DNA from: Eledone cirrhosa
Lineage: Eukaryota
Direction of reading: 5' to 3'
Assembly: GCA_964016885.1 (NCBI GenBank)
Contig: OZ024750.1
Location: 35,340,001-35,404,000, forward strand
Length of the DNA: 64,000 nt
Of this stretch, positions 24,099 to 38,669 are shown one piece after another (within the stretch, counting starts at the first letter, position 1; the number at the start of each line of letters is the position of its first letter). The notes beneath the pieces were generated by a model. It made no database searches. It saw nothing but the letters and a program-made list of their open reading frames with translations, and was not told the origin of the DNA. Both the position numbers and the translations under genes were made by a program.

Positions 24099-25510
24099 AA
24101 AAAGGATAGATTAAATAACTTTGACATCACGATGGGGGCTAACGACTCGGCTCAAGTCACAGACTTAGTAGGTATTTACATAGCCCATAGTTTACAAAGC
24201 GAGTTTAGCGACCTTCACGGTGGAATCTACAGAGATGACGCCCTTCTCCTAGTTAAGAACTTAAATAACCAGAGCATAGAAAGACTCCGTAAGAATATTA
24301 GAAAGACTCTCGGAAAACTAGACCTTAGCATAACGTACGAGTATAGCACTAAAACAGTTAACTTTCTAGATGTGACGCTTAACCTAAATACGGGACTTAT
24401 AAGACCTTTCCACAAGATTAATGAAAACTTAGCATACATCAACTGTAACTCAAACCACCCACTATCAATAATTAAATCCATTCCACGCAGCATATCCCTT
24501 AGGATCTCCTGCCTCTCATCTAACCGGCAAATCTTCGAAGAACATGCAGAATACTACAATACCGCATTAGACAAGGCAGGCCACTTAGATAGAGTAGAAT
24601 ATATAGATGAAAGCCTCTGTGAAGCACACACGAACACGCATAACACAAACTCCAGAAACACACGCATACACACATTTACGCATAGAACTGCAAAGTATAC
24701 GGCAAATAGAAATACAACATCGAAATCAAACAAGTCACGCAGTAGAAAATATATTTGGTATAACCCCATATTTAACACCTCTATTAGTACTAACCTACCC
24801 TCTACTTTTTTTAGAATAATAAATAGGCACTTTCCAGATTCACATAGATACAGCAAAATCCTTAATACTAAATCTATTAGACTATCCTACTCCACGGCAC
24901 CAAATATAGAAGCACACATTAAGATGCTTAACGCTAAAAAGATACATAACAACACCAAAACACAAATTTACAACAATAACAATACAATTACCACCGAACA
25001 CAACAGAATATCTAATACACAACCACCCGTTAATAGGCAAACAAAACGTAACACACTTGTTCAGGCATACAATAATGGCCCACAAATAATGCCAAAGTTG
25101 CCCATAACAAGAAATGCAACTGCCACCTACCTGAAACCTGTCCATTACAAAATGAATGTATGCAGTCTAACCTGGTTTACCAATGCACAGTGGAATCAGA
25201 CAACCAGAAATGGTATTACATCGGAGCGACTGGGAATACTTTTAAAGCTCGTTGGTATACACACCGTTACGCAATGAAACATTCCCAGCACCGTTATGTA
25301 ACTACCCTTGCAAACAAGACCTGGCAACTGAGGGAAAGTAACCATCAATACACCCTGAAGTGGAAAAAATTATCAAACGCGCCTCCATATCGGAGTGGTA
25401 TGAGAAGCTGTCGATTATGCGACCTTGAGCTGTTCCACATCTTAAGTTCGAAGAATAGGTTACTCAACAATAAAATTGAGAGAAATTCGCACTACAAATC
25501 GAACCCTTAA
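24099..25510 (+). pseudogene. PLE reverse transcriptase (C-terminal half) plus GIY-YIG endonuclease, broken by one frameshift; probably Hydra clade
   Basis: Motifs FDITMGANDSAQV, GIYRDDAL, FLDVTLNL, YINCNSNHP and IWYNP. After a frameshift between 25076 and 25115 the other frame reads KKCNCHLPETCPLQNECMQSNLVYQC...WYYIGATGNTFKARWYTH...LKWK...CRLC...LLN. The clade assignment is from recalled motifs, not a tree. Confidence 0.88.
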
Positions 25511-25769
25511 CCTCTTACTACCAACTGACAAACTGCATATACTTAGACTTTATACCCTCTTATATCTAGACCCTTTAATTACCCACAAAACCAATACATA
25601 TATCCCCCCCTTCTCCCTCATTCCTCTTCTATTTCTTCGTTTTCTTCCTTCCTACCCCCTTCTTGGCTATCTTTTCTTTTCTTCCTTCTCACCCCCTTTG
25701 CTTTTATTTTTGTCATTATCTTTATTTTTTTTTTTTTTTTTTATATATATATATATATATACATATATA

Positions 25770-25874
<105 letters not shown>

Positions 25875-25911
25875 ATGTGTGTGTATATATATGTATGTGT
25901 ATGTATGTGTG

Positions 25912-25947
<36 letters not shown>

Positions 25948-26254
25948 TTTATCTCTTTATATCTCCACCCCCTCTCTATCCATCCCTCCCACTATTATCT
26001 ATTTAATTCTCTTTAACTCACTACACTCCACGACATGATGTCTGCTATCAAAACTGACCAAAGAATCCTTCCACCTCTACCCCTACCTCCATCTCAGTTT
26101 GTCATTCTACTTCCTACCTCTTCCCCCTTCCTCTCTCTCTATACTATGCCGTCTGTCCCCTCACCTCCTGATTCCTCTCTCTCTATACTAGTAAATACAA
26201 TTCCAAATAAATGTTTTTCTCTATATATTAAGAATTATTTCAAGAGTAACTCAC

Positions 26255-26356
26255 TATTTTGAAAATTTGGACTGTGAACAACAATTATAATTGAGTGGCT
26301 GCTATTTGCAGTATAGCAATATAAGGTTGCACTTACCAATGAAACGGTCGTAAATA
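26255..26356 (+). ncRNA. Degenerate hammerhead-like motif in the PLE 3' pLTR
   Basis: TATT / TTGAAAA (versus CUGANGA) / TTGG...CCAA stem / GAAAC GGTC GTA / AATA. Two core substitutions. Confidence 0.5.
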
Positions 26357-26537
26357 CCTGGATTAAATCCTTCTCTTAATGCTTACCTGTGTTTTCTCTT
26401 TTATACTTTATACTCCAAGATTGAACGGAATTCTTACAAACTTGTGGAGGAGTTACCCCTAACCGTACGTTGAAACCATCCATGAAACTGGCTTTCTTAA
26501 CCAAAAACTGGATCACAATAAGCAATTTTTTGCTTCT

Positions 26538-26570
<33 letters not shown>

Positions 26571-26639
26571 GGAAAATTATTGAGTATTGAGTACTCTGGT
26601 GCGTTATGGTCCATCTGGTTCCTTACCACAACTCCTTCG

Positions 26640-26706
<67 letters not shown>

Positions 26707-26713
26707 CATATAC

Positions 26714-27681
26714 ATAGCAGAATCAGTAGAGGAGCTAGAGAATAAATTCTGGCTATGGAAACAGCAGTTGGAATCAAGAGGACTGACAGTGAACATAGCT
26801 AAGACTAAAGTGTTGATAAGTTGGAAAGAGGACAAAACTCTGATTCCATCAGGGAAATGGCCATTTTCGATATGTAGAAAAGGTACTGGCATAAATTCTA
26901 TAAAATGTACACAATGCAGATCTTGAGTACACAAGATATGTAGTGGGATAGCAAGCAAACTAACAGGTAGGGAAAACTACGTATGCAGTAGATGTACAGG
27001 GAAATTTGACAGTAGAAGTCGCAGTGATATACACGTTTTTCAAATGCAGGTAGGTTCTATAGAAGTGGTTGATAGCTTCTGGTACCTAGGTGATCAGATT
27101 AACATGCGAGGGGGGTGTTCCAAGGCCATAGTATCTAGAATACGGACGCGTTGGAAGAAGTTTAGGGAGCTGCTTCCTCTGTTGACAAAGAAGGGTTTCT
27201 CCCTATGAACGAAAGGCCGGTTATTTGGTGCATGTGTGAGATGCGCGATGTTGCATGGTAGTGAGACATGGGCAGCAACTGCAGAGAATATGCCACGGCT
27301 GGAGAGAAATGAAGTAAGCATGCTCTGGCGGTCGTGCAATGTCAATGTGCATGAATGACCAAGCATGGATGAGTTGAGAGAGAAATTGTGTATAAGAGGG
27401 ATACGTTTTGGTGTGCAGGAGAGAAGACTGAGATGGTATGGACATATGATGTGCATGGAGGATGACCGCTGGGTAAAGAAGTGCTAAGAAATCCCAGTAG
27501 AAGGAAGACGCAGTAGATGAAAACTATGAAAAACATGGGTGGAGGTGGTGAGAGCAGACCTTAGATCGCTGAAGCTCAAAGAGGAGATGACAAAGGACCG
27601 TGACCAGTGGAGAGATGCTGTGTTGAATAGGACCCGTCCCACTATTGCAAGCAGGGAAAAACAGACTTAAAATGATGATGA
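26714..27681 (+). mobile_element. RTE-clade LINE, same family as 14105-15011
   Basis: IAESVEELENKF...GLTVNIAKTKVL...GKWP.SICRKG. Collinear with the 14.1-kb copy and ends in (GAT)n. Confidence 0.9.
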
Positions 27682-27714
<33 letters not shown>

Positions 27715-27838
27715 CATACATACATTTATATACAATGATATTAAATAAATGAAAACTATATTTATAAAACCATATTTATTCTATTATATATATTTCAAGG
27801 GGCTATATATACGTTTATATATATATATATATATATAC

Positions 27839-27888
<50 letters not shown>

Positions 27889-27960
27889 GTGTATATATAT
27901 ATATATGTATATATAGTGACGAAACATAAGTCAATTGCATCAGCTCATAATCCTTTATTT

Positions 27961-28016
27961 ACTGCTATATATATTTCGATGATAGCCATTGAATGGCTAT
28001 GACCTCATCAGGCAGT
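27961..28016 (-). ncRNA. Type I hammerhead ribozyme, canonical core
   Basis: Minus strand reads ACTGC CTGATGA GGT C ATAGCCAT TCA ATGGCTAT C ATC GAAA TATATA TA GCAGT. Stem I is ACTGC/GCAGT, stem II is long, stem III is palindromic, cleavage triplet AUA. Confidence 0.88.
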
Positions 28017-28104
28017 TAGTCAGTTCTTAGATATGCCAGCTCTGTGTTTATAGTGTTGATGGTATCAGAGCCTTGGGACATATGTATGTATCAGAGCGTT
28101 GGAA

Positions 28105-28143
<39 letters not shown>

Positions 28144-28424
28144 TCAGCGAGAATCGCATTTCGGCGGGTAGAAAAACCGAAACATCATCATCATCATCAT
28201 CATCATCTTCGTTTAACGTCCATTTTCCACGCTAGCATGGGTTGAAACGTAACACAAATTCCAAGTCCTGCTGGCAAATGCTCCATGGGCTAAAAAAGAC
28301 CAGAGCAATAAACATAGGTTATAAAGGCCATACAAAACGGAGAAAGCGGTCAAGAAACCATAAACCACCTAAGCCAAAAATACAAGTCAAGCTAAACAGG
28401 TTAGACAAAATAAATGACATATTC

Positions 28425-28458
<34 letters not shown>

Positions 28459-28669
28459 ATATTATATATATATAGGTATATATATACATATATATATATA
28501 TACAGTATATATGATATATGTACACATATATATATATGCATATATATTTAACAAAGAAAATGAGGTAAGAAATCACGTGGACCTAACGCACCAGAGTACT
28601 CGATACTTAGGGTAGTAGACTGGGTAATAGGAAAAGAGTCAGGACCCCGACATCTGAGCTCTGAGCTTT

Positions 28670-30190
28670 GGAGCTGTGGGTGAGACCAATAGAGCTGTGG
28701 GTGAGAACAATGAAGCTGTGGGTGAGAACAATAGAACTGTGGGTGAGAACAATAGAGCTGTGGGTGAGACCAATAGAGCTGTGGGTGGGACCAATAGAAC
28801 TGTGGATGAGAACAAATGAGCTGTGGGTGAGAACAATAGAACTGTGGGTGAGACCAACAAAACTGTGGGTGAGAACAATAGAGCTGTGGGTGAGACCAAT
28901 AGAGCTGTGGGTGAGACCAATAGAACTGTGGGTGAGAACAAATGAGCTGTGGGTGAAAACAATAGAACTGTGGGTGAGACCAATAGAACTGTGGGTGAGA
29001 ACAATAGAACTGTGGGTGAGAACAACAATAGAACTGTGGGTGAGACCAATAGAGCTGTGGATGAGACCAATAGATGTGGGTGAGACCAATAGAGCTGTGG
29101 GTGAGACCAATAGAGCTGTGGGTGAGAACAATAGAGCTGTGGGTGAGAACAATAGAGCTGTGGGTGAGACCAATAGAGCTGTGGGTGAGAACAATAGAGC
29201 TGTGGGTGAGAACAATAATAGAGCAGTGAGTGAGAACAATAGAACTGTGGGTGAGAACAATAATAGAACTGTGGGTGAGACCAATAGAACTGTGATGAGA
29301 ACAATAGAGCGGTGGGTGAGAATAACAATAGAGCTGTGGGTGAGACCAATAGAACTGTGGGTGAGAACAATAGAACTGTGGGTGAGAACAATAGAGCTTT
29401 GGGTGAGACAATAATAGAGCTGTGGGTGAGAACAATGGAATTGTGGGTGAGACCAATAGAGCTGTGGGTGAGAACAATAGAGTGATGGGTGAGACCAATA
29501 GAGTGGTGGGTGAGAACAACAATAGAGCTGTGGATGAGAACAACAGAGTTGTGGGTGAGAACAATAGAGCTGTGGGTGAGACCAATAGAGCTGTGGGTGA
29601 GAACAATAGAGCTGTGGGTGAGAACAACAATAGAGCTGTGGGTGAGTCCAATAGAACTGTGGGTGAGAACAATAGATCTGTGGGTGAGAACAATAGAGCT
29701 GTGGGTGAGACCAACAGAACTGTGGGTGAGAACAATAGAACTGTGGGTGAGAACAATAGAACTGTGGGTGAGAACAATAGAACTGTGGGTGAGACCAACA
29801 GAACTGTGGGTGAGAACAATAGAACTGTGGGTGAGACCAATAGAGCTGTGGGTGAGACCAATAGAACTGTGGGTGAGAACAAATGAGCTGTGGGTGAGAA
29901 CAATAGAACTGTGGGTGAGACCAATAGAACTGTGGGTGAGAACAACAATAGAACTGTGGGTGAGACCAATAGAGCTGTGGATGAGACCAATAGAGCTGTG
30001 GGTGAGACCAATAGAGCTGTGGGTGAGAACAATAGAGCTGTGGGTGAGTACAATAGTGCTGTGGGTGAGACCAATAGAGCTGTGGGTGAGAACAATAGAG
30101 CTGTGGGTGAGAACAATAGAACTGTGGGTGAGAACAATAGAACTGTGGGTGAGAACAATAGAGCTGTGGGTGAGACCAATAGAGCTGTGG
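28670..30190. repeat. 21-bp minisatellite (~70 units, some 24 bp)
   Basis: Unit TGTGGGTGAGA(A/C)CAATAGA(G/A)C. Confidence 0.97.
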
Positions 30191-31311
30191 ATTCTATTTA
30201 GTTGTTAGACTGACTACTTCCATGTTAAAGGTCACCACAAAAAGAGCTGACCCCAGCCTGCACTACATCAACAATGACAACAACAACAAGAACAACAACA
30301 ACAACAACAGTTATGGCTCTTTATATACATATTATTCATGCTTAATAATGTGAGTATATGGAAATATAGTATTATTATATTTCTAATTAATAATTCATAT
30401 CTTCTTTGAGGATTAGAAAACCTGTTCAGTCTAAATTGGACCATTATTCTATATAAAACTTTGACCCCATGGTTTACAATATGTGGTATTTACTGAATGA
30501 TTTTTATTTTCATATTAGTCTCTCACCCATATAGTGATCACATATTGATATTTTCTATTATTAAATTTCCTATAGAAGGTAAGCACTCTGACTAGTAATA
30601 ATAAAGTATTCTTATAAATGTCAAATTTCTAGATTAATTACTATATATGCTGCTTTCCTCTCATTTGAGGAAGAAAGATCATTTTGCTTTGTGACTTTGA
30701 CATTTCAAATGAACACACTACCACTGTGGACAAGATCAACAGGTTTTTCTATATTCCATTTAGCAGAGTTCAACAATATTCATCATTTGCTTGTATGTTT
30801 GATTTATAGAACAAATGAAGTGATGTGTAAAGTAGTGTGAACTGATATTTTGTAATTGAAGTTGGCTTGCTGCTGGTGTACAGCTAGCTAGATTGAAAGG
30901 TAGTATTTTTACTACTTTGCCAAGTGTAAGCTTATGGATAATAACATAATATGTATCCAATGCAACAAAAATTGCTAATGGTGCTTTCCTGGCTAGATCA
31001 ATGAAATACTATTCTATTTCACTGGAGCTATTTAATATTTCTATAAATAACCAGAAGACTTTGTTACAGAAACATAAGAACATTTATTTTGACAGTAAGT
31101 AGAGTTAGTCAGTGAAATCATAGCAACATGGCCAACGCCAGTCATTACATGTTGTCATATAATCTTAGCTGACATCAACAAAATACAATAATGTCTCATT
31201 CCACAGATATTTTAACACAGATTCTTCAGATTGGGGGAGAGGGGTCATTTCATTTCATTTCATTTCATTTCATTTCATTTCATTAATTAAACTTTATCCT
31301 GATTGTCTGAT

Positions 31312-31890
31312 ATGGTAGAATATTGTTGTTAGTGTGTGTCTCTGTCCCTGGGTCACTAGTGAATATGGTAGAATATTATTAGTTTGTGTCACTGTCCCTG
31401 GGTCACTAGTGAATATGGTAGAATATGGTTAGTTTGTGTCACTGTCCCTGGGTCACTAGTGAATATGGTAGAATATTATTAGTTTGTGTCACTGTCCCTG
31501 GGTCACTAGTGAATATGGTAGAATATTATTAGTTTGTGTCACTGTCCCTGGGTCACTAGTGAATATGGCAGAATATTATTAGTTTGTGTCACTGTCCCTG
31601 GGTCACTAGTGAATATGGTAGAATATTGTTAGTTTGTGTCACTGTCCCTGGGTCACTAGTGAATATGGTAGAATATTGTTAGTTTGTGTCACTGTCCCTG
31701 GGTCACTAGTGAATATGGTAGAATATTGTTAGTTTGTGTCACTGTCCCTGGGTCACTAGTGAATATGGTAGAATATTGTTAGTTTGTGTCACTGTCCCTG
31801 GGTCACTAGTGAATATGGTAGAATATTATTAGTTTGTGTCACTGTCCCTGGGTCACTAGTGAATATGGTAGAATATTGTTAGTTTGTGTC
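31312..31890. repeat. 50-bp minisatellite (~11.5 units)
   Basis: Unit GAATATGGTAGAATATT(A/G)TTAGTTTGTGTCACTGTCCCTGGGTCACTAGT. Confidence 0.97.
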
Positions 31891-32469
31891 GCCACCATAA
31901 CTAGTAATACTGCACTATAACTAGGTGGATTGGTAGTATCGGTAGAGGGTCGGACGCCATGCTTTGCAGCACAGAGTTACGGCCCTTTATTGTCTGAGTT
32001 CAAATCCCACCGAGGGTAACTTTGCTTTTCATCCTTACGGGGGTCGATAAAATAAAGTACCAGTAACGTACTGGGGTCAATTTAATTGACTTTCCCCTCC
32101 CACCAAATTTCTGGCCTTGTGCCAAAAGTAGAAACAATTATAATTAGTAATACCACATCATCTTTTCTTGAGCCATCCCTCTTTCAAAGGTGCAGCATTC
32201 ATTTTGCTTTTTCTAATAGCTAAAATATATGCAGCTTACTACACCGGCATAAACCACCATGCCATCGATACTGTCCAAGAGAAAGGCAATGGCTTACACA
32301 TGTTGGCACCAGTGACATTGCAATAATTTCTACAGTTGAATAAACTGGAGCAATATGAAATAAAGTATCTTGCAAATCACTTGGTCCGAGAATCAAACTC
32401 ACAACCTCCAGATTGCAAACCCAATGCTGTAACCACTAAGACATGCACCTTCACTTTGCAGTATTTTTC

Positions 32470-33565
32470 ATCATAACTAGTAATACTAGATCATAACTAG
32501 TAATACTACATCATAACTAGTAATACTAGATCATAACTATTAATACTACATCATAAATAGTAATACTAGATCATAACTATTAATACTACATCATAACTAT
32601 TAATACTAGATCATAACTATTAATACTACATCATAACTAGTAATGCTAGATCATAACTATTAATACTACATTATAACTAGTAATGCTAGATTATAACTAT
32701 TAATACCACATCATAACTAGTAATACTAGATCATAACTATTAATACTAGATCATAACTATTAATACTACATCATAACTATTAATGCTACATCATAACTAT
32801 TAATACTACATCATAACTATTAATACTAGATCATAACTATTAATACTAGATCATAACTATTAATACTACATCATAACTAGTAATGCTAGATCATAACTAT
32901 TAATACTACATCATAACTAGTAATGCTAGATCATAACTATTAATACCACATCATAACTAGTAATACTAGATTATAATTATTAATACCACATCATAACTAG
33001 TAATACTAGATCATAACTATTAATACTAGATCATATCTATTAATACTACATCATAACTAGTAATGCTAGATCATAACTATTAATACTACATCATAACTAT
33101 TAATACTACATCATAACTATTAATACTAGATCATAACTATTAATACTACATCATAACTAGTAATGCTAGATCATAACTATTAATACTACATCATAACTAG
33201 TAATGCTAGATCATAACTATTAATACTACATCATAACTAGTAATGATAGATCATAACTCTTAATACTAGATCATAACTATTAATACTACATCATAACTAG
33301 TAATGCTAGATCATAACTATTAATACTACATCATAACTATTAATACTACATCATAACTAGTAATGCTAGATCATAACTATTAATACTAGATCATAACTAT
33401 TAATACCACATCATAACTAGTAATACTAGATTATAACTATTAATACCACATCATAACTAGTAATACTAGATCATAACTATTAATACTAGATCATATCTAT
33501 TAATACTACATCATAACTAGTAATGCTAGATCATAACTATTAATACTAAATAGTAACTAGTAATA
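32470..33565. repeat. 20-bp minisatellite (~55 units)
   Basis: Unit TCATAACTA(T/G)TAAT(A/G)CTA(C/G)A. Confidence 0.97.
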
Positions 33566-33744
33566 TACCAGCCTTAAAAAGCAGGTCCTATCCACTGGCT
33601 TTATTCAATAACCAAGGAGGTTTATTAATTAGGTGAACTGTGACATCACGTAGAAAGAAGGAAACAAAATAAATAAAATAAATTAATAAAATTATTTTTT
33701 AAATATAATTGAGAGCAAAACAATTGTAACTAAAATTGTAACTC

Positions 33745-33985
33745 AACCACAGCAACCTGGTGCAGCCTGGAACTAACCCAGACTCTGCTGCACTTTGGGC
33801 CGAGGAAGGTAAACTCTCCAAATATCGGTCGCTTTCCAACAGGTTTGTGGTTGAGCCCACTTTTTCTGGTGTCCTTGACCCTAGGACCACCTCCCTACTC
33901 ACCACCATTGGCATGGAGTTGACTACATGAAAATGTGAGCCATCCTCCGGGGAAACGCCTTCTCTATTCTGTCTGCCAGTGCCGC
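33745..33985 (+). mobile_element. CRE-clade fragment homologous to 9645-9915
   Basis: Visible nucleotide similarity (actaaccca...aaatatcggtcgct...ctccctactcaccaccat). Confidence 0.7.
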
Positions 33986-34053
33986 ATGGTGGCCAGCACG
34001 TGGGCTCCCACTTGCTCATAATAGTGAGCGATGGGGAGAGTTGGAAAGATGTA

Positions 34054-34261
34054 GGCAGTGACAGTGGGAGTTTGGTTCCTTTGTGTCTGGACCTGGTGTA
34101 TATGAGAGAGATGGAAAGAGTGGGAGAGATGGAGGCAGTGACAGTGGGAGTTTGGTTCCTTTGTGTCTGGACCTGGTGTATATGAGAGAGATGGAAAGAG
34201 TGGGAGAGATGGAGGCAGTGACAGTGGGAGTTTGGTGCCTTTGTGTCTGGACCTGGTGTAT
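34054..34261. repeat. 80-bp tandem repeat (2.6 units)
   Basis: GGCAGTGACAGTGGGAG recurs at 34054, 34134 and 34214. Confidence 0.92.
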
Positions 34262-35487
34262 TTGTTTCACAGACATACACTCACACTATGTGTTATAGAT
34301 GAATAAACTCAACACTTGTGTGTTTTATTCTCTTTTGTTTAATCTATCAATATTAAACAAACAAAAATGTTAAATCTGCCTAGATAGGGTTTAACCCACT
34401 GCACCATAAACCCCTAAAATTACTGTTAAGTTTCAGTTCTGACATATTTTTACTTGTCTATCAACTCAGCTTGCAACACTCACTCTCATGTAATAATATT
34501 AAAATCTATAATATACATGGTCAATATTGTAAAGTAGACTTCACAGCAGAGCAGAATTAAACTTTCATGAAATGAAATAGTTTTGATGCTTTGATCATTA
34601 GTTTGGAAATGATTTCACTAGAAATAATTTATACAGAAACATAATCTTAAGGACTTCATCAATGATTGAAGGGCAAATATATTGAAATAGAATTATTTTC
34701 TGCTTATTCTATCCCAAAATAAAACAAAAAGAGAAACAAATCAAAGTAGTTGATCAAAAGATAAAATTATTGATGTAAAACCATTGATTAAATTGTTATT
34801 GAATGAATAGCTTTAGTTTTCAGTTCTTCAGTGGAACTATGCTATGGAAATATCTGATTAAATATTGAAGGGTTTCTTCGTAAATAATTACAGTTCCATC
34901 TGGGATCACAAGGTACATTATTATGAACTGATGTTACAAATTTAGTTGGATTTATATATATTTATATATATATTTATGTGTGTGTCATCATCATCATCAT
35001 CATCATCATCACCGTTTTACATCAATTATTTCACGCTAGCATGGGTTAGACGAGTTGTCCTGTTGTGTTCAATGCCAAGTCAGGTGACCATTTCTTGCTC
35101 ATACAGAACTGATTTGGGGTTGATTTCTACAGCTGGATGCCCTTCCTAATAACAACCTTATTTACAGTGAATACTGGGTCCTTTTTACAGTGTGGACATG
35201 GTACTTTTTTATCATGACACCTACACAACCATTTTACAGTGGGAGGGTTGGGGTCATATTGTCTATATGCTTAGGCTTTGGCTTGTACCGATGGGAAATC
35301 GGGTCTTCTGTATTACTGCGTGACGACAGAGGTCTCGGTCCTGTGTCATCGCCTTTGAGAGGTGCAATTGGGCAAGATCAGCTTTTACAATGTATATATA
35401 TATATGTGTGTGTGTGTGACGGGTGGAGAGATGCTGTGCTGAATAGGACCCGTCCAACCCTTGCAAGCAGGGAAAAGCGGACGTAAA

Positions 35488-35523
<36 letters not shown>

Positions 35524-36389
35524 TATATATATATATATATATAAACATACACATATTGACCATATATGTGAAGGCACATGGCTTAATGGTTAGAATCCTG
35601 AAATTATGAGTTTGATTCTTGGACTGGGCTTTGCGCTGTGTTCTTGAGCAAGACACTTTATTTCACATTGCTCATTGCTGTAGAAATGAATTGTGATGTC
35701 ACTGGTGACAAGCTGTATCTACCATTGCCTTTCCCTTGGACAACATCGGTGGCGTGGGTGTTTATTCAAGTGTGCCTTGATCACTCACTTTACATCCAAA
35801 ATAAAGTTCTTATTGTATATTTTACTAATGATATAATATTGCATTTCTGGGATTTTAAAGTTTAATCACCACATGCATAAAAGAATGGATTAGGTTGATT
35901 CAGACATTTCCAAAGCAGCTACATGAATATACAACTGATGTAGAATAAACATATGCTAGCTATTAACACTATGATATTTACAAGTTGACTGTCGTTCAGC
36001 TGCTTTACACACAGATATGAGGTTCATATCTAAACAGTCTAAAACATGTTTTAACCTGCACAGTTTATTGCTCCATCTAGATCAATATTGCTGGGATTGA
36101 CAATATTGATAGAGCATCAGACATGTTTTGCAGCATAGAGTTTCAGTTCTTTATGTTCTGAGTTTAAATAATTCCGTCAAGGTTAGCTTTGTTTTTCATC
36201 CTTACAGGGGTCGATAAACTAAAGTACCACTCAATCAAGTACTGGGGTCGATTTAATTAACCCCCCCCCCCCAAAAAAAAATAACATTACTGGCCTTGTG
36301 CCTAAATCAGAAACCATTATTATGGAAAAAAATCTGAAAAATAAAGAGGGTGTGTGTGATTATTGAAGACATGAGAGTAGTGGAATAAA

Positions 36390-36568
36390 GATGAAACCAG
36401 AGGACAACAGAAATGGAGATGGATAGATGATATTAAGGAATGGACAGGCAGGAAGGAGTTTGGCAGAATGTACAGCAATGACAAGAGACGGGAAAATATA
36501 GAGCGTGCTGGTCCATAGTTCCAACATCCCCGATCCTCAGATATGAGGATGGGATGAGAAGAAGAAGA
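36390..36568 (+). mobile_element. RTE-type LINE 3' end with (GAA)n tail
   Basis: RGQQKWRWIDDIKEWTG...LAECTAMTRD. Confidence 0.7.
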
Positions 36569-37872
36569 TAAAATTTATTTTAGAATATGATCCAAGTCTG
36601 CCAATAAAAAAAAACAATTAATATTGCTAAAATTAGTTAGTAGATAGATATTGTGTTGAAAGACAATCATTCTGGCAATATTTCTGTAGTAACTTATTTA
36701 TTTCATTTGTTTGTGCAGCACAATAGAAAGATTAGCGTGGAGGTCAATGAAGCACAGGCCTCAAGCATTAAGGTTTATATGGTGCCAAAATCCCGATTTG
36801 TTTATTTACTTTTGGCTTGTACTGATAATTGTATGGGAAGTTGATAGTTTTGTTGCCGTTGTTTTTAAATTCTGGTGAATATAAGATCAAATTGGCACAC
36901 AATTAATTAAATTATGCATAGACACACACCCACACATACACACATACACACATACACACTCACAAGCACACAAACATACACATACATACACACATATACA
37001 CACACACACACACACGTAGAGAGACATGTACTCATTCATACACACACACATACATACACACATATACACACACATACACAGACATACACCCACCCACACA
37101 TACACACATACACACTCACAAACACACAAACATACACATACATACACACATATACACACACACACACGTAGAGAGACATGTACTCATTCATACACACACA
37201 CATACATACATACACACATATACACACATATACACACACATACACAAACATACACACACATACGTACACATACACACACATACACACACATACACACTTG
37301 CATGCAAACACATACACACACACACACACATCATATAGTTTAAAAATGAAATAAAAATAAAAATAATTGTTTCTACTATTGGCACAAGGCCAGAAGTTAC
37401 CCAGTACATGACTGGTACTTTATTTTATCGACCCCGTAAGGATGAAAGGCAAAGTTAACCTCGGCGGGATTTGAACTCAGAATGGCAAGGGCCGTAACTC
37501 TATGGGTCAAAGCATGGCGTCCGATCCTCTACCGATACTACCAAATGTCTCACACATATGTCTCACACAATAAAAATCATCATCATCATCATCATCACCG
37601 TTTTACGTCCGTTCTTCCACGCTAGCATGGGTTAGACGGGTTGTCCTGTTGTGGGCAGTGTCTGGTCAGCTGACCATGCCTTGCTCATACAGGAACTGAT
37701 TTGGCTTGATTTCTACAGTTGGATGCCCTTCACTATAACTGATACATATGTGACGCTATAACTGATACATATGTGACACAATAACTGATATGTAGTTGAC
37801 ACAATCTATATTATTATTATTAACTCGTCCAACCCATGCTAGTGTAGAAAATGGATGTTAAACAGTTTACTT

Positions 37873-38510
37873 AATCTATATTATCATTACATATATATAA
37901 CTTATATATATGGTACATAATCTGTATTATTATTACATCTACAATAACTTATATATAAGGTACATAATCTATATTGTCATTACATCTACAATAACTTATA
38001 TATAAGGTACATAATCTGTATTATTATTACATCTACAATAACTTATATATAAGGTACATAATCTGTATTATTATTACATCTACAATAACTTATATATAAG
38101 GTACATAATCTATATTGTCATTACATCTACAATAACTTATATATAAGGTACATAATCTATATTATTATTACATCTACAATAACTTATATATAAGGTACAT
38201 AATCTATATTGTCATTACATCTACAATAACTTATATATAAGGTACATAATCTATATTGTCATTACATCTACAATAACTTATATAGAAGGTACATAATCTA
38301 TATTGTCATTACATCTACAATAACTTATATAGAAGGTACATAATCTATATTGTCATTACATCTACAATAACTTATATATAAGGTACATAATCTATATTGT
38401 CATTACATCTACAATAACTTATATATAAGGTACATAATCTATATTGTCATTACATCTACAATAACTTATATATAAGGTACATAATCTATATTGTCATTAC
38501 ATCTACAATA
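37873..38510. repeat. 47-bp minisatellite (~13.5 units)
   Basis: Unit AATCTATATTGTCATTACATCTACAATAACTTATATATAAGGTACAT. Confidence 0.96.
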
Positions 38511-38669
38511 CTGAGTTCAAATCCCGCCGAGGTTAACTTTGCCTTTCATCCTTACGGGTCGATAAAATAAAGTACCAGTAATACACTGGGTAATTGCTGG
38601 CCTTGTGCCAAAAGTAGAAACAATTATTACATCTACAAAAACTTATATTTTTTTATAGAAAGAATATAA

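Noticed and set aside
28548-30208. 543-aa and other ORFs (FSPTALL, GENNRAV, ELWVRTI repeats)
   Set aside because: This is a 21-bp minisatellite open in several frames on both strands, with frameshifting variants.
31312-31890. CRISPR-like array (also considered for the 21-, 47- and 57-bp arrays)
   Set aside because: Units are contiguous with no unique spacers, there are no cas genes, and the context is eukaryotic.
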